A DNA stretch of 64,000 nt from Octopus vulgaris (GCA_951406725.2 OX597819.1:98828001-98892000); one strand, 5' to 3'; positions 41,890 to 55,863 are shown, counted from the first letter of the stretch. Numbers and translations are program-made. Notes: generated by a model from the letters alone, not told the origin.

Positions 41890-42806
41890 GTATTTATATG
41901 CTTCTACATAATGTTTATATGTATTTACTCATGTTTTTATGTATGTGTATACATGTTTATTTAAAGACATACATGTACGTCGCACGTGCACAAAAAGCCT
42001 ATATGGTCAGCTATATTACAAACCAATCTTACGATCACATAAAACTGCACACAACTTTACCAGCACACCGAAAACCAATGTCAGGTAGTTAAGGAAACAC
42101 ACACACACGCGCGGGAACACACATACATAAACACACGCTTACAAACATACTCGAAGCATGCATAAACAGAAGCACACAACCAGAAGCACGTTATCAAGCA
42201 TACCTTGTTTACATATACGCCGATACACGCTGCTTCAACTCAAACACGTTCAGTTAAATACGACGTGAGCAACAGTACTAAATGTAAGCAATGATACTAA
42301 ATGATCATTCATACAGACAAATGTACACACCATTACGCACATAGGTTTTATTAATACACATACAAAAACAAGTACACGAATACCAAAAAATACACGTAGA
42401 GAAATACACACCTCATACACTCACACACATGCGCCCAGGTAACTATATATTTTTCGAGTTGGAAGTAAAATGTACAACTTGCATTATCGACAACTCTTAT
42501 CAGTGGATCAAAATGGCGACTATTTCGAACAGAGCGCGAAAGCAGACATTTTTTAACAGATTTGTCTATAATTTCAGGTGGTGAATGAAGGGATAAAATG
42601 TGTGGAAAAGGCATTAATAGAAATAGTTGTGTATGTGTGTATACTTGTAAGAGTAACTGAGGGAAAGAAAGAAAAAAGGGAGAGATAGAAAAAGCGAGAA
42701 ATTAAGAGATAAGAAGGTTGAGATAAATATAGTAATAAAACGGTTACTCACTCTGGGACTCACTCTCTCTTCATGTCTAATTATCTACCTACTCTTCTCC
42801 TATCTG

Positions 42807-42921
<115 letters not shown>

Positions 42922-43128
42922 GTCTATTTGTCTATCTGTCTGTCTGCCTATCAGTCCGTTTGTCTGTCTGTCACTCTCTACCTTACCAAGATATATATGT
43001 ATATATGTGTGTGTGTGTATGTATGTATGTATGTATGTATGTATGTATGTATGTATGTATGTACGTATGTATATACACATATATATCTATACTTATATAT
43101 ACTTATATATATATATATATACTTATAT

Positions 43129-44022
43129 AAATATAATCAAAATAAGCAACAGGATATCCGGAGGTGATACAATACAATCGTTTCAAGCGACTCCATTTAA
43201 TTGAACAATGCAATCATTACATCAATTTAAATATAGAGCTATCCTCAGCTGCATAAATAAATAAATGAATAAAATTAATTTAGTCAGTCGGACACATTTG
43301 TATAATTTTACCTAAATCCTCTAAGAGGGTAAGAAAACAGACAAAGTCCATGCTGTATTCACTTCTGCTTAGAAGCTACTAAGACATCAGGAAAAACTTG
43401 TTAGAGATCCAGCTTGTCACTGATTTTGGGGTCGGTCTTAATTTATAGTTTTGTTTATCAAATCTTTGTATACCAAAGTCTAAGACCAAAGAGCATTGTC
43501 TGTTAGGAAAGGGTTGACAGAATCATAGTAGGTATAGTCATACGACTTGTCAAGATTAATTTGAAGTCGTATACAGTAATTGTCTATAATAAGGTTTGGT
43601 AAAGAAGATCTTAAATCAAGATGTTAGTTACCAGTTAAAGGGGCAATACTCTAATAAAACCCATGATGACAATACAGGGGAAATTTTTATCATGGGCTAT
43701 TATAGTTGAATGATTTAAACAATATTATCATATTGTATAAAGATAAAATTTAGGGTTATCAAGAAAAATATTAAGAAGAATATTATAACCAAAAGGATAA
43801 ATTTTTGAATACTTTTGAGTATATACCAAAATTTACAACAATAGGGAGAGAAAAGAAATTACATAAAATCGCTTGAAACGATCGTACTGCATCACCTCTG
43901 GATATTCTGTTGCCTTATTTTGATTTTATTCACCTTATTTTGAAACTGTACCGATAATTCCGCAATAAATTTTGGTGCCTCGACTTAAGTACCTAATTCA
44001 CTTGAATCTCAATTATTTTGCT
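43129..44022 (-). mobile_element. Decayed Penelope-like element with 3' pLTR and inverted partial pLTR
   Basis: Frameshifted CP(L)TGN...LI*DLLYQT at ~43650-43590 resembles the PLE CPLxGxCL...IYQA motif; hammerhead at 43167-43254; inverted copy at 43868-43925; (TA)n on both sides. Confidence 0.7.
43167..43254 (-). ncRNA. Type I hammerhead ribozyme with canonical core and long stem II
   Basis: ATGCAG-CTGAGGA-[~57-nt hairpin]-GAAA-CGATTG-TA-TTGTAT; stem I 6 bp with two G-U pairs; GUA triplet. Confidence 0.8.
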
Positions 44023-44050
44023 TATATAAATATATATAGGTATATATGCG

Positions 44051-44081
<31 letters not shown>

Positions 44082-44594
44082 TCTTTTTTTTCCATATATA
44101 TATACGTGTGCGTGCGTGTGTGTGTATGTGTATATAAGCTCTATCATTTCAAGCTAGACATGTCGGCATCTAGTTTGTATTTCATCCTCTCAGGGCCGAT
44201 ATAATTGTACTAACCCAGCATAGTCGGTTGGAGGACCTATAAGAACAGAATGTCTGGCAGCGTTTGTCGTGGCTTTTTACGCTCTTAGTTCAAACTCCAT
44301 CATTACCTACTTGGACGTTAGGCTTATATATGATGGTCTATGCATACTTGTATTATATTTGTTCAAATGCTTTTTAATTACTAAAACCCTGACGTTTACA
44401 CCTATTTGCACAATATGCATAATAATATCTTCAATTCACAATGTACACCGAAACACCTGTAATGATACATATTGTTAAATCATGTAAAATTATTTAGCAG
44501 ATCATGTAAAATATATTCCATAAACTTATGATTGTTGATCTCTGTTAATAAATACATACCTTATCCATACACACACACATGATATATGTTGTCC

Positions 44595-44689
<95 letters not shown>

Positions 44690-44692
<3 letters not shown>

Positions 44693-44840
44693 AGAGTTTA
44701 CGAAAAAAACAAAAGACGAAGACAGGTGGTGTACAAAACAAACAGATGTATTAGTATAACGCTCAGGAACAGAAAAAGTATTTTACGTTTCGAGCCTACG
44801 CTCTTCTACAGAAAGGGACACAGAAAAAACAAGGAGAGAA
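44690..44840 (-). mobile_element. Family G short element, copy 4, with full variant hammerhead motif (44781-44815)
   Basis: Minus strand TTT-CTGTAGA-A-GAGC-gtag-GCTC-GAAA-CG-TA-AAA; long (TA)n on the left. Confidence 0.8.
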
Positions 44841-44845
44841 CACAC

Positions 44846-44921
<76 letters not shown>

Positions 44922-46584
44922 ATATATATATGTATATATATATGTATATATATAGATATATAGATATGTATGTATGTATGTATGTATATATGCTTATCAG
45001 TATATGTGTCAAGTTTTCTAATTATCCTGTTCACTTTATGTCTATTTCTCCCGACACAGTCTATCTGACTTAAGTTACCTTCTGTATATACAATCTATAC
45101 TTACACTATACACTATTAATAGCCTGTAAATTTCCATCGAGCTCAGTCATCCTTGTTATATAAAAGCTGGTTACTAGAGTGATCTGTAGTATCAGCTGGT
45201 GGCCTGCACTTTGACTGAAGCTGCACAGTGTTTTAAAAGCGGACAATCTCATCATTGATGATCTATTTTTTGGACAGGAAACTGAATGTTTCTCTAATGG
45301 GAGAAATTCCACCATAATATCTTATTATTTTTACAGACACTTGACTTTTTAGCGTGAGCTGTAATATAGCTGCTGATCTATAATTAAGGCACAAACATGA
45401 CTGTCTCCGATATAGACAATAATATCATTGCTGAACTATATTTTGGACAAGATAAAAATTTCATCTCTATTTAGAACAGCATAATATCGGATGTTTTATT
45501 GTTTCGACAGACTCTTATTTTGGACAGAAACCTGACTTGGACGCTAGAGGGACTATATATCTTCTGATGACAAACACAGAGGAGAGAGAATTGGTGCTCA
45601 ACACTTGGTGCTCTGTAATTTAGAGAGTCTGTGTCGTGGATAAAGCAAACAATCTTCAACTGTATCTTATGATTTAAAGAGGAAACTGGTGACCTGTACT
45701 TGGGTCATGAACATGACAGCGTTACAAGAGAAAGAACATAACTGGAGTCGTATGACTTGGTTCTGATTCGTAAATACTGTTTATGATAATAGCTAAAAAA
45801 GATCTGATTTGTGATCTTTTATTTAGTTAGTGGTTAGGCCAATGGCCTTTGGTTAATATTGACATAAAAATATTATCTGGTCGCAACAATGGTTTCATTA
45901 GTGAGTTCATAATAAGACTTATGTGCAAATTAAACTATAATTCACATGGCACAAACGATTTAAATTTAGGCCCCTTAGGGTTGCTGACCCAAAGTCTTGA
46001 GTCATATGACATTTGACCAGTAAGTCAGATTCATATGAATGCTAACTGTTAACCGTTATAGTAGACTATGCGACAAACTGGACTAAATCTGGAATATGAC
46101 TGTAAACCTAACATATGACTGATGATCTATAGTTTAAAGACGTATAATCGTTGACCCCAAACCTGTACAGATTTTACCACAGAACAAGAGAGAAGCCTCA
46201 GATGACCATTCACCTATATAATTTATGATCAAATCCAATACAGATGTTGCCAACCAGATCATCCTTTTCAAATATATTGTATCTAGAATTATGTTATCTA
46301 GCGTGTCTTTTTTTGTTTAAGACAGTAGAAAATATTTTGCTTTTATTTCTACAAAGTGGGGTAGTTGCGACGAGTTTTCGTCATTGGACTAAGTCATGTG
46401 AAAGTTTACTTGAAGCTTGGACAATTGACCAGTATTCTTGTCTTCCTATTGCCTGTCCTCATAATATGTCATCTCAGTTCAATAATTTCAGAGTCGATAC
46501 ATATAAATCAATATGTTTTGTCCAATCAGTGACCAACACTTGCTTACCCAACTGGTTCGACTGGTTTCTACAGGTTATTTGAAA

Positions 46585-46585
<1 letters not shown>

Positions 46586-46669
<84 letters not shown>

Positions 46670-46685
46670 GCTGCTGCTGCTGTCG

Positions 46686-46749
<64 letters not shown>

Positions 46750-46757
46750 CACTACTA
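46586..46757. repeat. (CTA)n triplet repeat with (CTG)n interruption
   Basis: Direct reading. Confidence 0.95.
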
Positions 46758-46854
46758 TATTTAGACCACTCTCCCTCCTCACTAAATTATGATAATTGCT
46801 ATTGTTAACATAACTATTACTAATGATCTTATGGTACACGTGTACGTTATATAC

Positions 46855-46886
<32 letters not shown>

Positions 46887-46920
46887 ATATATGTATATAT
46901 ATATATAAATATATATATAT

Positions 46921-47188
46921 CAGGGTATTGACCGGACTATCGGATGTTGTTATACATCGCTGATCACTATGCGCCTCGCATTATTTCAGCTTTCGAATGA
47001 TGCCATGCAGTTAACTAGGAGATTAGCCCAACATGCTTCCTAAACGGAAGATTTTTCTGTCGCAGGGTTACCCATTTACAGCAGTGAACTGAAGTAACGT
47101 GAAATGCACGCGTTGCCTGGTCAGGGAATCGTACCCACGATCTAGTAATCGCGAACGAAACACCCTAACTACTACGCGACGTGCCTTG
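46921..47188 (-). mobile_element. tRNA-derived SINE family F (diverged)
   Basis: Minus-strand head aaggcacgtcgcgtagtagttaggg...gggtacgattccc; body homologous to 50783-51120. Confidence 0.7.
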
Positions 47189-47346
47189 TCATATATATTT
47201 ATATACATGAACACATGTATATGTGTGTGCGTATTGATATGACGATACATGTACATATGTATATATATATATATATATATATATGTTTATGGATGCATAT
47301 ATGTATGCATATATGCTTGTATTTATATATATATGTATATTTATAG

Positions 47347-47378
<32 letters not shown>

Positions 47379-47649
47379 TGTAACTATTCAATCATTACGG
47401 AAACTGACCGGTGAGAAATTCTCCCTATGGATACTACGCATAAAATCTCCCCGCGCCGGGCTATGACTGGTGCAATCGAACTTTAAGGATACGTATTTTG
47501 GGGCCTTATTACGCTTCATCAGCCACATAAACTGAATACGCTGTTCTTGTCCCTCGAATAATTAGCATTTTTATATCTAAACACCAATTTTTTTTCAGAA
47601 ACCTGTATGTATACTCGGAGAATGGCAATCACCAAGGAAATACGATAAT

Positions 47650-48000
47650 ACTATTCTTTTCTATCTTAGGTACAAAATCCGAAATTTAGATCAACCCAGT
47701 GCGTAACTGGTACTTAATTTATCGACCTCGAAAGGATGAAAGGCAAAGTCGACCTCAGCGGAATTTGAACTCACATCGTAACGGCAGACGAAATAACTAT
47801 TTCTTTACTACCACAAGGGGCTAAACACAGAGGGGACAAACAAGGACGGACAAGCGGATTAAGTCGATTAATCTTATTTAATCGACCCCGAAAGGATGAA
47901 AGGCAAAGTCGACCTCGGCGGAATTTGAACTCAGAACGTAACGGCAGACGAAATACGGCTACGCATTTCGCCCGGCGTGCTAACGTGTCTGCCAGCTCGC
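47650..48000 (-). mobile_element. SINE family A dimer (internally deleted)
   Basis: Two gaaaggatgaaaggcaaagtcgacctc blocks joined by a tail and a tatttcgtctgcc junction. Confidence 0.85.
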
Positions 48001-48084
48001 TGTGTTGATATACGTAATACTATTGTTGTATATGTAAGAGTAGCTTTACAAATTAATCCAGTGACTGGCGAGAAAAGTTTCTCT

Positions 48085-48630
48085 ATCTTTCTATAATCTG
48101 TTACTTGTTTCAGTCTTCGGAGTGCGACCATGCTGGGACACAACTTTGAAGGTTTTAGTTAAGCAAATTGCCCCGCCCCCTTCATGTTTATTTTTAAGTG
48201 TGCGATTTGTTCTATCAGCCTCTTTTGCCGATTCCCTAAATTACAGCCACTAATTAAATCAACACCGGTTGTCAAATGATGGTGGTGGTAGGGCAAATAC
48301 ATCATACACACAAAGGGACACATATATCGGTACGTGCACACAGATACACACACAGACACACAGACACGCGCACACATACACACACATGTATGTATGCATG
48401 TATGTATGTATGTATGTATGTATGTATGTATGTATGTATGTATGTATGTATGCATGTGCGTACAGTGGGCGCCTCTCAGTTTCCGTCAACCAAATGAACT
48501 TGCAAGGTTTTTGGTAGCCTGGGGCTGTCTGGAGCTATAGTAGAAGACACTTGTCCACGGTGCCGCACGGTAGAAATCAACTCCAAACCACATATTTAGA
48601 AAGCAAGCACCTTATCCTCACAGCCACGCC
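48085..48630 (-). mobile_element. SINE family B (diverged)
   Basis: ttacttgtttcagtc...ccggttgtcaa...ctatagtagaagacacttg...cacagccacgcc. Confidence 0.75.
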
Positions 48631-48646
48631 AGTTTGAAGTTTTCAA

Positions 48647-48720
<74 letters not shown>

Positions 48721-48747
48721 TGATGATAATAAAACGATCACCTAAAT

Positions 48748-49046
48748 CTGGTACTCTGTTGGTTATGATGACGAGGGTTCTAGTTGGTCCGATCAACGGA
48801 ACAGCGTGAAATTAACGTGCAAGTGCTTGTGTACTCTTAACTCATTTCTCAGAGAGATCTCAGCTCCAATTGTAAATTTACATAACTTTTGCGTTGTTTC
48901 ATTGAATAATCACCGTAGTGCTCTGACTATCAGATGTGGTCATACATTTCTCAGAGAGATCCAGCATGACATAGGATGTGAGGATGTGACAAGGCTGGCC
49001 GTTTGAAATACAGGTACTACTCATTTCTGCCAGCTGAGTCCACTGA
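48748..49046 (-). mobile_element. SINE family E carrying a nested 85-bp family F fragment
   Basis: Homology to 38160-38472; 17-bp TSD catttctcagagagatc at 48843-48859 and 48945-48961. Confidence 0.8.
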
Positions 49047-49843
49047 GCTTTCACCTCACATATATTCTACAAAGAGAGCAATAAACGTATATAGGTCTTA
49101 AAACACTAAATACGTTTCCCTGTGTCCTCTTTGGGCTCTCTCTATTCATTTTTCGCGGACATGCAAAGTCTTCTCTATTGCTTGACAGAGTTATGTCATT
49201 TTATGTTGTTCACTGCTTTCTCGTGTGTAAATTCCTCAGGCAAAAAGGATTTATATTTCTCAAAATACCATTTTCGTCCAGAACTATGTGGCTGAGAACA
49301 GGCTCCTTACCACACAGCCACGCCTGCAACTTTTAAGTCTATATTTTTAACATCATTCCTTTTTGTGTTTTTTTTTTATATATAACAGTCAGTCTGTTTA
49401 TTTTCATATTATCGTTTTTTTAATCTATTTTACGTGTTTGAAATTAACTAGGAAGCTTGTTGGGCGGGGCTCTCACGTTTAATGTTATTACGACCACTGC
49501 TATCACCACTAAGGAGAGCACGTTTTGAGGTTGTTACTGAGACAGCCATCTTTCAAAGCGAGTAAATTTGTAATTTTCACGAACCTTGTTTCCACAGAGT
49601 AAGATGGAGGATGTTTAAATATTTGAATTCTTTTATTGGTAAAAGTAAGCAAAGGGAGAAAAAGAAAACAAAACAAAACAATTATGTTACCTGATTAAAA
49701 ATTACTTTTTTTTTTCTCTCACGAAAGTTCTAATATAAGCAACCGTTTACATCAACAATCAAATATTGAAGTACTGGTATTAATAGTAGTAGTAATTGTG
49801 GTAATCATAATGGTTTCAAATTTTGGCACAAGACCAGTGAAAA

Positions 49844-49906
<63 letters not shown>

Positions 49907-49980
49907 TACTAGCAGCAGCAGCTGTAGTAGTAGTAGTAGTAGTAGTAATAATGATAATAATAATAATAATAATAATAATA

Positions 49981-50565
49981 CAGTATCGGGCACTATGCCT
50001 TGATGTAGTACCAAGCACTGACTCTCAAGGCTTCTCATCTTAACTGATTGGAAGAGTTATCATGTACATTGTTTTGTCTTGGTATAAAAGATGGGCTACA
50101 GCAAATACTCTGCTCAATACCACAGATTTGCTTGTCAGTTTTTTTACCTTAACCAGTTCAGTATGTCCCTTTGTGGCTGACGATATGTACATCTCTGATC
50201 ACGAGCAGAAGTAGTCGGGGAGCATCAAAGCCATGTGCTGAGAGGAATTCTTCGGAGTTTGAATAGTTCACCTCTGGAAACATTGATGTTTCGTTCAACA
50301 TCTTTAAACAACTCTTATTCAGGAACGTTTTGAGCAGGATAGGCTACTTGATCTGAAGAAAATTCTAACTGGGCCCCACTTGCAAGGTCATGTGCTGTTT
50401 ATCTTGATACGATATCACTATGTCGCACATATATAGTTGTGATGTATGTTCTTGGTGTATCCTTATTAGACGGGTAGTCATGATGGGTATACTGGGCTTC
50501 GTATATTTTATTCCAGTGTCACTTTGATAGCATGCGTTGCTCTCTCACTCAATAACAATAATAAT
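49981..50565 (+). mobile_element. Putative non-LTR retroposon 3' region inserted in (TAA)n (Dong/R4-like behaviour)
   Basis: ~580-bp complex block with (TAA)n on the left and ctcaataacaataataat on the right; no ORF recognised; single copy in window. Confidence 0.35.
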
Positions 50566-50782
50566 TATTATAACTTTTCTGGGAATGTCTATTGCACGGG
50601 GTAACAATCCATTAGGTAGTCTTCAACGATATTGTATTGATAAAATATCTCTTAACATTTAGCCTATATATTCCTCATAATGCAACATATCGTTGTCCTT
50701 ATTACTCTTCAGAACAGTAGCTATGATCTCAGAGTCTTATTTACAGGACTGTGAATCTTACTTTCTCTGGAGTTGAGGGTTC

Positions 50783-51120
50783 CTCCATGTGTAATTTATA
50801 CAGCTTTTGCTTGTCTCATTGAATAATCATAGTAGTAACTTGGCTATCAGATGTGGTTATATACCGCTGATCACAATGCCCTTCATCGCATTGTTGTAGC
50901 TTTTAAAGGATGCCACACAGCAGGTTAGGCGGGTAGGCTAACGTTCTCTCCGAACAGAACACTAGTTCGTCGCGGGCTGACCCATTTACAGGTGGATGGA
51001 CTGCAGCAACGTGAGACGAAGTGTTTTGCTCAAGACCATAACGCACTGCTAGTCTAGCAATCGAAAGTACGACTTTGCGATCGAGTGTGCAACACTCTAA
51101 CCACTAGGCCACGTGCCTTC
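50783..51120 (-). mobile_element. tRNA-derived SINE family F
   Basis: Minus-strand A-box tggcctagtggttagag and CORE-like gtcttgagcaaaacac; homologous to 46921-47188. Confidence 0.8.
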
Positions 51121-51402
51121 GACATTGGGAAATAATGGCTTATCATATAAGTACAACGCTAGTAGTTTTGAAGGTAAAAGTTAGTCGCTTATATTGACCA
51201 CATTGGATGACCAGTGCTTTTTTAATCGATCTTAGATAATGAAGAACAATTTTAGTTCGGTCGGAATTTGAAATTAGAACATAGAGATGTAACTATATAC
51301 TGCAGTCTATCAACGGCCCTATCGATTCTGTCAATTCTTTGTTCATTGCCCACAGATCGCCTATAGCCAATCATAAAATGTTTACTATATATATATAAAT
51401 AA

Positions 51403-51474
<72 letters not shown>

Positions 51475-51498
51475 ACATACATATATATATACATCATA

Positions 51499-51903
51499 GG
51501 CGCAGGAGTGGCTGTGTGGTAAGTAGCTTGTTTACCAACCACATGGTTCCGGGTTCAGTCCCACTGCGTGGCACCTTGGGCAAGTGTCTAGTCCTATAGC
51601 CCCGGGCCGACCAAAGCCTTGTGAGTGGATTTGGTAGATGGAAACTGAAAGAAGCCCGTCGTATATATATATATATATATGCGTGTGTGTGTTTGTGTGT
51701 CTGTGTTTGTCCCCCTAGAATTGCTTGACAACCGATGCTGGTGTGTTTATGTCCCCGTTACTTAGCGGTTCGGCAAAAGAGACCGATAGAATAAGTACTG
51801 GGCTTACAAAAGAATAAGTATCGGGGTCGAGTTGCTCGATTAAAGGCGGTGCTCCAGCATGGCCGCAGTCAAATGACTGAAACAAGTAAAAGAAAGAAAG
51901 AAA
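51499..51903 (+). mobile_element. SINE family B, full length, young
   Basis: ggcgcaggagtggctgtgtgg (A-box-like), gggttcagtccc (B-box-like), ggcaccttgggcaagtg (CORE-like), tail. Confidence 0.93.
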
Positions 51904-52013
51904 TATATATGTATATATATATACATATATATATATATACATACATACATTCATACATACATACATACATGCATACATACATGCATGCATGCATACATAC
52001 ATACATACATACA

Positions 52014-52046
<33 letters not shown>

Positions 52047-52697
52047 GAGTATACTGTGTGTATACTCCAATATAAATGCATACAGGGTTGTGTTTACACT
52101 GTAACTTGATCTTCAATCTAGCTCGTGTATATTCACTTCAACACCGTCCCACATGTGTAATTAATTATACGAGAATATGTCAAATGAAGAACGTGCAGAA
52201 AGGTGTCCTACGATGTATTTTCAATATAATTGTGATTTTCAGGTGTATAGACACGCTAATATTTGCTGAAAAACTTTGCACTATATATATATTTTAAGTA
52301 AATCTTAAGTAAATACATGCATTTACGTTTAAGTAATATGCATCTGTCTCTGTATCTGACAGTCCATCTGTCGGTCTCTTTGTATGCGAATAGAAAAAGA
52401 GACATATGCACTCAGATTGATATTGATATTATTTGTACATAAGAGTGGGTGTGTATGTAAAGGTGGGCGCTTGTGCGCGTATGTGCGTGCGTGTATTTGT
52501 GTGGACTCACGCGTGCATGTTTGTGTTTTCATCGTCCCATTCGTTCAATTTTCGTAATTTCTTTCTTTCTGACACTTCGTGTACACACACACACACACAC
52601 ACATACACATCTATACATACGTGTCTATGGGAAGACCAATACACCAAAATACATAAGCATAATGTTTGTAAGAGAAAGAGAATTATTATTTTCGTAA

Positions 52698-53098
52698 GTA
52701 GGAGTGACTGGGTGGTAAGTAGCTTGTTTACCAGCCACATGGTTCCAGGTTCAGTCCCACTGCGTGACACCTTGGGCAAGTGTCTTCTACTATAGCCTCG
52801 GGCCGACCAAACCCTTGTGAGTGGATTTGGTAGACGGAAACTGAAAGAAGCTCGTCGTATATATGTATATGTATGTGTGTGTATATGTTTGTGTGTCTGT
52901 GTTTGTCCCCCCAACATCGCTTGACAACCAATGCTGGTGTGTTTACGTCGCCGTAACTTAGCGGTTCGGCAAAAGAGACCGATAGAATAAGTACAAGGCT
53001 TACAAAGAATAAGTTCTAGAGTCGCTTTGCTCGACTAAAGGCGGTGCTCCAGCATGGCCATTGTCACATGACTGAAACAAGTAAAAGCGTAAAAGAGT
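52698..53098 (+). mobile_element. SINE family B, full length
   Basis: Colinear with 51499-51903. Confidence 0.93.
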
Positions 53099-53670
53099 AG
53101 TATTCTAAGTACTGTGTAGCCTCTATAAGCTTATATGATAAATGTAACTTCCTCATACAGTCTTCATTTATGCTTGGTATTTACAAAATATTAAGCATCA
53201 ATCCTGTACCATGGCATCAAAGCATGTAATTTTTCTTCTGTTTTTATTTGAAATTTCCTGTAAGGAAGGTGCTACTTTCTAACAAATATACAAAGCTCTA
53301 TCGTTGGAACATAGATACGAAAAACAATACATGCACGCGTGTATGTACGTTTACTTCGTTATATTCTTGAATTTGTAATCAATCGAGAAATGACTTGTTT
53401 CCAACCTAGAAACAAAACATATCAGAATTTAGAATCCAACACAATAGTCTTGCATGTATGTATGTATGTATGTATGTATGTATGTATGTATGTATGTATG
53501 TATGTATGTATGTATGTATGTACGTACGTATGTATGTATGTCATTATTCAGTTTTATTTCAAGATTTCTAGCCAATAGAGAAAGAGTCGGTTTCTAACCG
53601 AGATCCAAAGGTATTTTTTATGGACGTATGTACGTACGTATGTATGTATGTATGTACGTATGTATGTATT

Positions 53671-54224
53671 ATGTCAGGTCACTTTCGAGTACTACTAGTA
53701 ACATGTAACCCAGTACAACCTGTTGCATCGTCGGGTCGTCGGCGACTAAACCGGCAACCCCACCAAGTTTGCTTGGTGAGGAGGGCGTTTATTGGACACC
53801 CTGCTGGATGAAAAACAAAACCCGTCAAAAGGCGGAGGAACTCTTCAGAGTCAACGGCCATCCAATAAATGTCTTAAGGCTGTATCATGCTCGGGGACAT
53901 AGAAATAATCGGAGTGAATACCCGATCGCGCGGTTAAACCATTGGGAGTGAAGGACTCCTAGCCTTTGTTACGGCATCCTTCTAGGAGAAGGTAACTCAG
54001 GTAACTGGGATAACTCCGACATAAAACCTGCGGCTCAGTGGTTACCGATGATGTTGATTTGTTCTTCTTTTCGGATTATGGCTGCTGTTGCTTAGTGAGT
54101 GAGATTGACTCAGTGCACAGTATTTCCTCACTTTAAAAAAAATCTTCTTGCACAGGCATTGCACGATAACAACATTGATTAAGCTTCGTGCAATGGCCAT
54201 ACTCGATAACAAGGGGGCAGCCAC
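53671..54224 (+). mobile_element. RTE-like 5' UTR-type element between long direct repeats
   Basis: GC-richer block with ctcctagcc...ggcatccttctaggagaaggtaactc, resembling the RTE 5' UTR motif ggcaaccagtctaggagaaggaaaactc. Confidence 0.55.
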
Positions 54225-55142
54225 CATGTATGTATGTATGTATGTATGTATGTATGTATGTATGTATGTATGTATGTCATTATTCAGTATTATTTCAAGA
54301 TTTCTAGCCAATAGAGAAAGAGCCGGTTTCTAACCGAGTTCCAAAGGTATTTTTTATGGACGTACGTACGTACGTACGTACGTATGTATGTATGTATGTA
54401 TGTATGTATGTATGTATGTATGTATGTATGCATTTATGCGTGTACCTGTATTGCTTGTCTGTATGTATATATCTGTGTGTGCGCCTACATGTATGCATAG
54501 AGACATGTGTGGGCACGTGCACACTAGGATGCGTGGAGGGATATTACTGTATATGTAGATCGTATTACATGCTAAATTTCTTGAATGTTTTACTTATTTT
54601 GGCATTGCAAATCTATGTATGCATGACTGTATGTATATGTATGTTTGTATGCATGTATTATGTGCATATATCTTATTTCTTTTTTCATGTCATACTGTTA
54701 ATGATGGCTTGGGTTCTAAGAGCAATAAAGAAGTTTCATTATTAGAATCTAGATACTATGAATTATATGTGTTCAATGTACGTACTTTGACTGTTCCTTA
54801 CAGAGTGGCTTTGCAGAATACCTCATGAATGGTCGCTTATGTCCTGAAAACCTCCGACAATTCAAGATTGTTAGTGGAAACAATAAAATACATAACCAAA
54901 TGCATTAATGATAATGGATATACATATCAGTTTATAATCTTATTATAATGATGTTTATGCAGTGATATGTATATATATGTAATCGAAAAAAAGGCTTCCA
55001 CTATATCACCTTTCCAAGTTAAGTTATACGTAACACCTACCCTCATGGTAACTCACTAGCTGAAGTAATGAACACATTAATCCATTCACCTGTCTTAGTT
55101 CAACCACCAAATGAAAAACAAAGTGCGTGTGAGAGTGGGCGA

Positions 55143-55189
<47 letters not shown>

Positions 55190-55348
55190 TGTAAGAGAAA
55201 GGGAGAGACAGAGACAAAGACAGACAGACAGACAGAAAAGGAAGGGAGGAGAAAGTGAGATAGACGGTTGCTCGACTTGCTCAAAATAGCAATCAAATAC
55301 TTCATAACTCACATACACGCTCTCCTATCCATTTACAAAACACACACA

Positions 55349-55399
<51 letters not shown>

Positions 55400-55700
55400 G
55401 CGCACACACACACACATACACACAAACGCACACACACACATACAAACAAACGCACACATATAACGTAAACTAGCAGAAAGCCAGCCTGAAGATCTGGGAG
55501 GAATGAATGTCTAAATTTTAGAAACTAAAAAGGTTATCTTTTAATCTGATTTTAAATGAGATGTTTAGATACTTTAGGCAGTTGATCTTTATAAAGGTCC
55601 ACAACAATCACATGCTTTCCCAGGACTATTACATTTGTAAGGGGCGCACCGATTTCTTAGCGATAATACATTGAAATATAAGAACATGCCCGATTCTAGC

Positions 55701-55863
55701 GGCGCAGGAGTGGGTGTGAGGGAAGTAGCTTGCTTACCAACCACATGGTTCCGGGTTCAGTCCTACTGCATGGCACCTTGAGCAAGTGTCTTCTACTATA
55801 GCCTCGGGTCGATTAAAGCCTTGTGAGTGGATTTGGTAGACGGAAACTGAAAGAAGCCTGTCG

